Positions 21,201-29,844 of a stretch of 29,844 nucleotides of DNA are shown here, piece after piece; positions within the stretch are counted from its first letter, which is position 1; each line of letters begins with the position of its first letter. The stretch is from assembly GCA_051942205.1 (NCBI GenBank), contig JAVECO010000029.1, forward strand, positions 124,001-153,844. Direction: 5' to 3'. The stretch is from Coniocarpon cinnabarinum. Its lineage: Eukaryota. Below the pieces are notes generated by a model. The model did no database searches, was not told the origin of the DNA, and worked only from the letters and a program-made list of their open reading frames with translations. A program made the translations under genes and the position numbers.

Positions 21201-21612
21201 TGACAACTGTAGGGCCAGCATTAAGCTCACGATGGCGCAGATTGGAGCTGGACGTCCGCGGACGAAGTTTATTAGCCGTCCGGTTAGAAATCCGGCGCAT
21301 GAGACCCTGCCGGCTAGAGCGATACTGGACCGGGTGAGTCACTGCCGGTGGAGTAATTGGAGAGAGGGGAAAGTCTGTTGGGTTGAGATTTTCGAGTTCG
21401 TGCTTGTGGATTCCGAGCAATCCATCTGGGCTAGATGGCTGTGATGGGCTTCCCAGCTGAGCAACAGAACCCCCAGAGAAGCTTGTCCGAGAGGACGTCG
21501 GGCCAGAGGTCGGGACGTGAGGAGGAGAGGAGAGACCATTGGCCTTGGTGCATGGGGAATGATTGGTTGCGGTGTTCATGTCGTGGGCGCGAGACGGTGA
21601 AAGACCTGTCAT
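18253..21612 (-). CDS. PLC1: Phosphoinositide-specific phospholipase C (delta-like; PH, EF-hand, X, Y, C2 domains), 1119 aa, apparently single exon
   Basis: X box PLNEYIISSSHNTYLTGRQ...GCRCVEIDCWDG...PIVTHG...YPLIISLEVHC...LPSPEELKGRILIK with both catalytic His. Y box HNRDYLMRVYPKG.RVRSDN.DP..FWRHGVQMVATNWQTYD. C2 domain VKIISARHL...NPYIEVEI...NGWNPEF. Confidence 0.96.
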   Translation of the reverse strand: MTGLSPSRAHDMNTATNHSPCTKANGLSSPPHVPTSGPTSSRTSFSGGSVAQLGSPSQPSSPDGLLGIHKHELENLNPTDFPLSPITPPAVTHPVQYRSSRQGLMRRISNRTANKLRPRTSSSNLRHRELNAGPTVVRTRSGSRTLHDSAHDISEYELDDGDEESISNQHQVSRPRLPSLHSSPPRVAPILKDLEGKPIIPPALLQEIRFTKITKKRKQPICLWLDQSRNKILWRFDGQSSCKEIFIDDVTEVRTGRLAHSHVDELGSEQEGLDRWLTIVYYDPGTRGKGRSTHAIHLLAAEIGVRDELSGCLDVLIQDRRNLMAGISGNVDNQRSLSRLWNDTTTQKCSDVYASREEPTLDREDMRRCCHNCLIYMPEQEFDAYFSAADVKSRNRLNRSEFMRFFRSVFEWPDVRSIFEDYKQPHSSVMTYDSFVRFLSQSQGLGTDQCDHCEALFNSYAQSRHGLGIQVAGGGESFTQGFMTYDDFKRFFLDDNAPMPSSHSPPLHDRPLNEYIISSSHNTYLTGRQIGGLSSTEPYVDCLKQGCRCVEIDCWDGADGEPIVTHGRSFTSQISFLSIIKAIKLWAFRVSQYPLIISLEVHCSTLQQEKMAAIMKRHFGRRLVLEPISSVHNGLPSPEELKGRILIKVKEPMQLSIASTHTYQGINNINHRRTRSKSEADVSPNSPRRPPLPASQIREYPMLAKSPQRSTTFDPKLALPASPGVLSAVVSSDDTDSDDETANKQKGTKATKIVFELGNLGVYTRGIKFSDFKSADSKKPTHIYSFNENTFKRRCATPQLQMQLEAHNRDYLMRVYPKGLRVRSDNPDPLSFWRHGVQMVATNWQTYDLGTEINDAMFAHGHDRTGYVLKPREIRLHDGDMSAEGGREAVRKFMKFSVKIISARHLHPAPGVGSINPYIEVEIFSADNPARGLAVAEGGTDASAKRGLSGIGKPKRVRTRFIEGNGWNPEFRDNIDVGLETQYPGLVFVRFTAWNASDGRQKSEAKDLLAAHTAKLSSLQQGYRMLHLRDKHGDNTVSKLLIQVRKEDEKVAAISTRPSRDQSPESPRQSEDQSRPSRGFFRTLGLFSRQSSEKRKATGSEPSSGLISRTMSTEKESWS

Positions 21613-22236
21613 GGGAGAACAATAGAGTATAGGTGGATGGGTGGTGTATGTCGGTGTCCTATGGACGGAATCTCATGGCGAGAGTTGCGGTTCAGGCCTT
21701 GACTAGGCGACCGGTGCAGTTCATTCCAATGGGGTAGGTCGACTGCCTCGCTGAGCCTCTTGTCGATGTGGAGATTCCCTAGGTTCCTTCAAGACATTTT
21801 GCAGCAGGCCTTCAGCCACGGCGCTGGATTACAACAGACGGTGGAGGCACTCTGCAGCTTGTAAGTTATCCACAGCCGATATCGAGAATTGTGACCCTTC
21901 TCATTCGTTGACAGAGCCGGGGCGAGGGTGCGTCGTTGAATTACCCTCTGCGCGGAGGCGGACTGCGACAGCAAGGCGGAGCACTAGACCAGGGGAAAGC
22001 TAGCTGTGTCAGTAGCAAAGTCGCAAGGAGCGTAAAGGTGCCAGCGTTGCTGAATGCAAAGTGGTGAGTGGGGGCCGACTTGAGGAAAAGGGAATGAGGC
22101 CGGTGAGGCTGTGTGGACGGCAGAGCGCTGGAGGGACGGTAAAGTGCACAGGCAGGAGACAGCACAGAGAGCGCGCGAACAAGGAATACAAGGAACGACA
22201 GCAGCTGGGGAATTGAAATAGAGCTCGGGGGGCGTT

Positions 22237-22260
22237 GAGAGAGAGAGAGAGAGAGAGAGA
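22237..22260. repeat. (GA)12 microsatellite, with an A10 run nearby at 22295-22304
   Basis: Read directly. It forms a CT tract on the PLC1-coding strand ~630 nt upstream of its ATG. Confidence 0.95.
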
Positions 22261-22684
22261 GGGTCGCTAGCCAGCGCGAGGGAACAATGTCAAGAAAAAA
22301 AAAAGTCGGGAAGTAGGAGAAGAGGCAGCTTGCAGATGAAGCCAGCCGGATTGGGCAAGGCAGGAGCTGCAGCGCAGGTAGGCAAGTACGGAGTAGGTTG
22401 GGACATTTGCGCACGGGGAAGAAGAGTACATGAGGTACATTTCCAGCACCAGCACGGTAGGCACGGTATCAGCCCCCAGCCTCACCCTCACTGTTTGTTG
22501 CACCTTTCGTGCATCGTGCCGACAGCCAGCTTGGCGCCGCTGTTGGCCGGTTTGCACCTGTTTTTTCGGCGCCAGGAACACTAGGTTGCAGGTCATCGCA
22601 TGACATCACCCTCTTCATCTCCAATGTATCATGACGCGGCAGCCCAGCGGTGGCACGGCGGACAGGCGAGGAGCCAGCGCACCC

Positions 22685-22708
22685 CGACAGCTCGACAGCT
22701 CGACAGCT
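22685..22708. repeat. Tandem 8-mer (CGACAGCT)3
   Basis: Three perfect copies, plus a further CGACAGCT about 50 nt downstream. Confidence 0.85.
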
Positions 22709-25700
22709 CTGCAGCTAAGTGGAGGGAAGCCAGTGGTGCGCGCTCCAACTGCACGCGCGACAGCTGTGGAGGAGCTCGTCGGCAGCAGCAGCAGCAGGCA
22801 CAGGGAAGGGCAGGCCGAGTCTGTCGGACAATTGTGCCTCTGGCTGCAATTAAGGTTTGCACTACCAGGAATGCGCAGTCCCTGGTGGCTGGTTCCTAGA
22901 ATCCTAGAATCCGATCTGCTCCCCCCCCACGGTGTTTCGAGGCCGGGGGTCCGTAAGGTATTGGAGCCTATGCGAGCTCACCACGTATCGCGTCTCTGCC
23001 CCCCAAACCCACGCGGCTCCTGCTTCCCCCACCCTCACACTTCCCTCGGGCGTCACAGGGCGCTGCTCGCTTGCAGGCCACTGGGACTGTTTGCTGGCGC
23101 CACAGAATATGAAGGATATGCACGTCGGCGGAGACAGCGACGTTCGACGTCAGCGGGCACGCGAGCAACCGAGCGCCAAGAGTGCCGGGGAGGGTAGGTC
23201 GGTAGCTACATCATCTGCTGCGTTTCAGGTGGCGCGCACCAACCACATACAGGCGTCCGAGGTCTGGGTCCCGAGATTATGGCACAGATGCTGCAGCGCT
23301 CCAGCCTCTGTCAAGACTTTTGATTCCAAAGCTGATTTCCTGAGAATCTGTGCATCAATCTGTACTGGGTCTCCTGTACTCCAGCAATCTGGCTGTTGAG
23401 CATCTCCAGCAGAGTCGTGCGCAGGACGCTTTCGGAATGACGTTTGGTATCCGCCATGATTGATGCGACGCACAGCCTCTGACTGACTCACGCAGCACCA
23501 CAAACCAGCATGCACCGTGCGCCGCCGGCTCCTGCATGTCATTGCGACTTCAGCTGTCTGGCCATCTACCGCTCTCCGCTCTCCCCGGTCACCATTTCCG
23601 GCGCGGCTCCGCTCTCGCTCCTGGCCGAGTTGAAATTTTCTTCCATGTTCCTGATTTTGGCGCGCTGAGGAGGCTGGCTTCAAGTCTAGCGCGGCCGAGT
23701 CCATGAGCCGAATGTTGAAAGAGAGTCCTCAAAGCTGTTTGCGTGCTACTAAATATACTTCTACATCTCACACGTGACCTGACGGCCACAGACGCTACTG
23801 CAGCTCTGTGACGGTATCTTAGGGTTCCCAAGCAATCGCATTGGCTCGTCAGCAGAGCATTTCATTTTCTCTGACGCATTGCGCCTCCTGGAAGGGGATC
23901 AAGTTGCTGCCTGGATCTCGCCGGTCTCAACAGCCATGACAGGGTCCGCCTCAAGCCATGTTACAGGTTGCGCTGACACTCCTCTCCCCTGCGCGCAAGG
24001 TATCTCCTCGGAGAAGTGAGATTCCCCCACGTCTGGCGTTTGCGTCAACAACCCGGTGTGCAAGTGTCTGAGATCTGCTCGACAAGCTCATTGCAGTGGC
24101 GCGGAACCCCTGCACCGATATGCATCAAACGCACAGCCCACACGTGGGGAAAGTCCTGATGACTTGCAGCGATGGTGGTTCGGCCCGTCCTGCACAAAAC
24201 AACTCCCGGTTCACTCTAAACCCTTTCGGAATGCCTGCACGGCCTGCTATGCGTTGTCTCTGGCCCCTCACCCCTCTCTCCTATGCATCTGCTGGTTACG
24301 CTTTTGTCCTATTTACCGACAATCATCATGCAGGGCTTAATTCGCGATGTGACACCAGCTCTTTCGCATTACGGCTAGGCACATTGCACCTCATAGGTAT
24401 CGCACAAGTCTGCAAACTCTTTGTCATTCGTCGCACTAGGCGCGGCCCTCCTTCGCGTTACTCCATGTCTGCCTCCTTACGTTTTTGAGGACTCAGTCAA
24501 GATTTTTAAATCTAGCATCAAATTCTTGAGCAAATACTAGAAATGCTCCTACTCGGACAGCCTAACTATAAAATGTTTTTGACGTACGTAGACGATCTCA
24601 GAGTAACTTCCTGTATCGGCCATGATTTATACGACCCAACCTCAGAGCTCCATTTGTAAAAGCGTTCTGTACACGGCTTAATTGCAGTTGGACACATGAA
24701 CAAAAACGTACCCAGTATTTTGTTGAAAAAACAGTTTAGAATAAGCAGATTTCCAGGAAGTCTGCGAAACTTAGGACATCTGTGCCGTAGCTTTTGCGCC
24801 ATGATTTCTAATAGCACACCTTGAACATTTCTAGTCATCTGTACCGGACCGAAATTTGCACCTGCGTGGCAGGTTCTTCAGCCTACTGATCCCCGCACGT
24901 TTTCTTCTGCGACGAGGGATCTTGCATGCTATCAGCGAGCCACTACCTTTTTTCTAGTTGAAAATCAGTCGGGCATCAAGACCTTGGTGATTGCAACGCA
25001 TTGCATGATCACCTAACCGCCTACGGGTCTGGTCGCGGTGCATTCATTGATCCCCTTGGTGAATGACTCGCGCCGATTATGTTTCAACCCACTGTCTTGG
25101 GCCCGATGAGCTCCAGCGTGAGGCTGACTCCCCGAGGGGTTGAAGGTTGACGTACCGCTGGAGCTGCATTGACAATGCATGCCCGCTAACAGGTGGTTGT
25201 CGCAGAGAGCTGCAGCCACAGCTACGGGGAACAATTTCAAACTTCCAGTACCTACAAGGACCATCATATGTAGATCCGCAAGGGCATGTATCCGATACAT
25301 AATTTTCACACCGTAGCTCGATCCATGCGAACTCCTGCTACTGTCGATCACTCTTTTCGCCTCAAGCCGCTACAGGAAGTTATATCAATTTTGACGAGAC
25401 AATGAAACAACGGCATGCAAGATGCCGCGCCCTCCCACAAGCACAGTCAAGATTCACTGGGCAGAAGCTGCGGCTCAGACAAAGATGGCCGCCCTGCACT
25501 CGACTGGTGATTTGTACTACTTATAGTTAGTCATCAACTCCTACAGCAGAAAAAAGAAACGAGGATATCGCTAGCAGAGCCATAGAGGGATTGGTCATGT
25601 ATTGAAAATATATTAAACCGCAACTACCTCTGCTTCGGCCAATCCCGATCGCTAAAACTGCATAAAGAAGAGATGTGGATGGCGCCCGATGGCCTGGCTT

Positions 25701-26608
25701 CCAGCGCGGGTGGCTCGATGTCATCCTCCCGAAAATTGGTCCGCCATTCACGGGTGACCACTAGCTGTCGATCTCTGTATCAATACGATACGACCTAATG
25801 CATGGCAGCTACATTCAATACTCTGCACTCACGACACGGGTCCTGCTTGCAGGCGCCGAGGTAGGAGGTGAAAAATTGTTACAATCGCTAGGCTGCAACG
25901 GATGCTACAGTTTCTCGGCTGTGTTGCGAGGACATCTTGGTCCCAGAGATAAGGAGCGGGAGCGGGATGGCATCCCATTCGCTTAGTGAATAGCAGGCTG
26001 ACGGTTGAGCGAGATTACTGACATTTCATTGAGGCCATCGGTTCCATGCCTAGACCGTGCTAGATGCATCTTAAATTTGATTTAAAATTATTGCTGCAAT
26101 GGGAAGCTCCTGACAAGTCCTTCTGTTGAACAGAGCACGTCCAAGTCCATACCTTGGTTGTCTCCCACGCGTGTGTCGACCCCAAGGCTCAGTGCCAGGC
26201 GACCGCAGATCTCTACCATGAGCCGCTCGGGGCCCGGTATGCACCACATAAACTGTTGCCCGACTGAATGCGTTTACCCTGCAAGATGAATCCTGTCCAA
26301 AGCCCCGCACAATACGCTTGTAGACCAAATATTCTGCACGGAGATGCTCATCAAAAGTCTTCTCCAACGTGAATGGTACCTGACAATAATCCGGCAATTG
26401 GGTACAAGGCCTTGCGTTGTACCCTCGTTCGAAACATCGGATTCTCGGACCATCGCCACGCGACTAGCCAGTCCTATGTCCTGTCACGCCTGTTCATCGG
26501 CGTCGCTTCACTTCTGTTTGGTCACGCCCCGTAGAAGGAGACATCCTTCGTGACTTGCATTTGCTCTGTCTCACGATTCACGCAGTAGTCTCACTTCTCT
26601 AACCGAAT

Positions 26609-29078
26609 ATGCAATTCTATTCCAATGGATTCGACTTTGCGGCCCGTCGATGGGTACGTGATTCTGTAGTCAACCCTCTTCCTTGAGTGATACCAGATCG
26701 TTACCTCGGTGTGTTTCCTGACGCGGAGACGATCAGCTCGAGTCTGAGTGGCCCGGCTCAGCAACATCGAGCACCCACGTATCACGTGATTGTTGTGTTT
26801 CAAAACATCATCGGTCAAGAGGCAGGATAATTCTCTTGGCTCGTTTGCCTTGCTTTCCAAAGCGGAAGACCGATGCTGATTCCCAATGCTTTAGACCTAT
26901 CAAGAATCGGACCGCCTCAATGGCATTGACAAGGAGCTTAATGTCCCAGATGAAGTCGATGTATTAATAGTCGGGACCGGTACCACTTACCTAAACGAAG
27001 CGAAACGTTACCTCTCTCTGATACTCTGTCAGGACCTGCAGGTCTTCTACTAGCAACCCAACTCTCCAGAATCCCCAACATCAGAACTGAAATCATCGAG
27101 GCTCGGTCTGGGCCACTGGCTCTCGGCCAGGCGGACGGGCTTCAATGCAGAAGTGTGGAGATATTTGAGGCCTTTGGTTTCAGCGAACGGGTGTTGCGCG
27201 AGTAAGTTGTCAGACATGGCGTCGAGATCTCGAATCTTTTGACCCTCGAACAGGGCTTACTGGGGTATGTAAGTTCAATCACGGATGTGAAGCACTGAGC
27301 CGATGGAGGAGCTCACGAAGCGTTCAAGTCAACGAAGTAACGTTCTGGAGACCTGACGAGGAGCATGGCATTGTCCGTGGTGATAGAAACATCGGTAAGC
27401 AGCGTGTATCCCTGTATCCTCTCCGCATGAGAACACTTTGTGATATTATGACCAGCTCGTCATTAAAAAACGTCAAAAGCATGCTGACAAAAGTCATTAG
27501 ACACGGAAGAGGGCTTGTCAGAGTTCCCACATGTGATACTCAATCAAGCTCGGTTACACGACTTCTTCCTCGATGAGATGTACAAGTCATCTCTCCATCC
27601 TCACTACAACCACAAACTCGACGGGCTCGAACGCGATCCACACGGTCAGCGTCTAAAAGCAACAGTCGCTCACAAAAGCTCTCAAAACGGCGAACAGACA
27701 CGAGCCATCAAGGCTCGCTACGTCGTCGGGTGCGATGGCGCTCGAAGCAGCGTCCGCAAATCGCTCGGCCTCGAACTCCGTGGTGATTCTGCTCACGCTG
27801 CGTGGGGATCAGCAGATCTGATCGTGGATTCGAACTTTCCGGACCTGAGGTTCAAGTGCATCATTCGCTCCAAGACTGCCGGCACGCTTCAGATCATTCC
27901 ACGAGAAGGCGGGTCTATGATTCGGATATATGTCGAGATGGATCGGCTCGAAGCCAACGAGCGGGTGGCGCAGCGCAAATTCACGCTGGACGATCTCGTT
28001 CGAGCAGCACAACGCATCTTCTCACCGTACACGTTCGATGTCAAAGAGTGTCCCTGGTGGTCCATCTATGAGATCGGTCAACGGCTGACTGATCGTTTCG
28101 ACAATCGCTCTGACACTGAGATGCCCACTGCGTTCATCTGCGGTGATGCATGTCACACGCACAGTCCTAAAGCCGGTCAAGGAATGAACGTCTCGATGCA
28201 AGACGGGCTCAACCTCGGCTGGAAGCTCGCTCATGTTCTCACAGGCGTGGCAGATCCAGCCATTCTTCAGACCTACAGTGAAGAGCGTCAGGCGTGCGCA
28301 AAGGATCTCATCGACTTCGACCACGAGCTGGCGCATGTCTTCAGCGGCAAGAACAACATCGATCCGAAGTACTTTGAAGATTTTTTCAAGAAAGCTGGGA
28401 GATACGTGAGTTTTGGGATGGTTCGTTGTTCCCATATAGGCTCAAGCTGACGGAACTGTACAGATGGCAGGCGTTGCAGTCCAATACGGACCTTCGCTCA
28501 TCACAGTCTCAGAGACAGACTGCCGACCCGACCTTGCAACAGGCATCCCCATAGGAAAGAGATTGCACTCGGAAGAAGTCCTACGGGTAGCAGATGCGAG
28601 GAGAATACATCTTGGACACACGATACCTGCAGACGCCCGCTGGCGCATCTTGGTCTTCGCGGGTACCAACGGCCATGCACAACACACAGCTGGATACTCG
28701 TTGTGCCAGTGGCTGGGCGAATCCAACACTTCGCCCGTCATCCGGCACACTCCCAAACACCACGACATCGACTCCGTCATCGACGTCAAAGCCGTGTTCA
28801 GCGCCTCCCACGCTGACGTTGAGCTCAACTCTCTGCCCTCGGTACTCTGGCCGCGCAAGGGCCGGTACGGCTTGCGTGACTACGAGAAAGTCTTTTGCGA
28901 CCGCTGGACGACGGCAAAGTATCCGATGCCGTCTATTTATGACACGAGAGGTATCTCGCGGGAGCATGGCTGCGTGCTGGTTGTGAGGCCGGATCAGCAT
29001 GTTTCTGCTGTGTTCGGCTTGGATCAGCGGGATGCCATTGCTCAATTCTTTGATCGCTTCATGGTCGTCCAATCGTGA
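26609..29078 (+). CDS. FAD-dependent aromatic hydroxylase of the phenol 2-monooxygenase / 3-hydroxybenzoate hydroxylase family, ~631 aa, 7 exons: 26609-26653, 26895-26979, 27033-27201, 27254-27264, 27329-27394, 27501-28405, 28464-29078
   Basis: Six GT-AG introns give one frame (1896 nt): MQFYSNGF..., VDVLIVGTGPAGLLLA (FAD GxGxxG), GQADGLQCRSVEIFEAFG, EAYWVNEVTFWRPD, SEFPHVILNQAR, YVVGCDGARSSVRK (DG motif), GDACHTHSPKAGQGMNVSMQDG.NLGWKL (GD motif), and a thioredoxin-like C-terminal domain with VVRPDQHV. Confidence 0.93.
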
Positions 29079-29749
29079 CGGAGGTTGCAGTGACTTTGTC
29101 GGGTTCTCTGATATCAGGTATGTCAGGCAGCTATACGTCCACTGGATGGTCGCGCGTCAAGATTGGAGCCCCCCTCTAAATGTCTTCTGGCAGCGGACGA
29201 CATTGGTTAACAGTTAGGCACCAGCGGTACATCAAATCCGCAAGGCAATTATCCTCTGTGGCAGCGCGGCATGTAGTATCAGCAATATTCAATGCAGCGC
29301 CATCATCAGTATTAATAAGATCCATTGCTTCTCAGAATTTAATATCATGTCAAGTAACAGGCGAGCGACAGTATCTCTGCGCATCGGAAAAGCGCTTTAT
29401 CATAGCAAAGGACGCTCGTCAATTAGCGAAATTTCACCTTAGATTTCAAAATTTGCTATCGGTCAAGACTTTGGGTGCTTTCACGGACCAACGCAGTGTT
29501 GCAGCGCATTTGCTCCTGCTAATAATGTGTAGAAGTACTACCGCGAGTTGGCGTTCTCGTAAATCTTCAAGGAAGGGACTACGTTCTAAAGTAGATGACG
29601 GCTACTCCGCCGACACACTTTGACCTCGTCATTTCATTCGAGCTCATGAGTTCTTCATCACGTTCGTTTCTTCGGCTTAAGTGTACAACGTCAGCGCTGT
29701 GTCCACATCCTGTCCCACATCAAGCTATGTCAACGTAAAGAGATGATGC

Positions 29750-29844
29750 ACTCTCATCCTCATCTACGCGCATCTCATCCCTCCAACCTTCACCTCATCC
29801 TCCATCCCATCTCCTTCACCCTCACAGCTCACCCCCTCCATTCT
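29750..29844. repeat. C/T-rich low-complexity tract of CTCATC/CCATC-like units
   Basis: Repeated ctcatcc, catctc and cttcacc units running to the window end. Possibly the promoter or UTR of a gene outside the window. Confidence 0.45.

Noticed and set aside
28022..29072. Minus-strand ORFs 28022-28435, 28442-28858 and 28581-29072
   Set aside because: Shadows of the hydroxylase exons.
29176..29623. 147-aa plus ORF, and a TGA-interrupted minus frame as a possible transposon or pseudogene relic
   Set aside because: No recognisable domain, terminal repeats or target-site duplication. The resemblance to transposase motifs is too weak to support.
1..29844. CRISPR arrays, tRNA, rRNA, other snRNAs, intact transposons
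   Set aside because: Eukaryotic context. By eye I saw no repeat-spacer array, cloverleaf, rRNA, U1/U4/U5/U6 signature or transposase/reverse-transcriptase motif.

Overview
Intron-rich genomic DNA from a filamentous ascomycete (Pezizomycotina-type short introns with CTRAY branch points). Seven protein-coding genes can be reconstructed by hand: SPO22/ZIP4-like meiotic protein (+, 210-3517), a small probably mitochondrial protein (+, 4493-5074), a membrane fatty-acid-desaturase-family protein (+, 8270-9759), a large unknown protein with a very basic C-terminal half (-, 10439-14975), a Ser/Pro-rich conserved fungal protein (-, 15681-16776), phosphoinositide phospholipase C (-, 18253-21612) and an FAD-dependent phenol/hydroxybenzoate hydroxylase (+, 26609-29078). 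The standout is in the apparent intergenic gap at about 7256-7609: a complete U2 snRNA gene split into four exons by three canonical spliceosomal introns (58, 54 and 55 nt). They fall just 3' of the branch-site recognition sequence, inside stem IIa and inside the stem-loop IV loop, and removing them restores a roughly 187-nt U2 with all expected elements. All gene models are manual inferences from splice signals and recalled family motifs. No database search was run.
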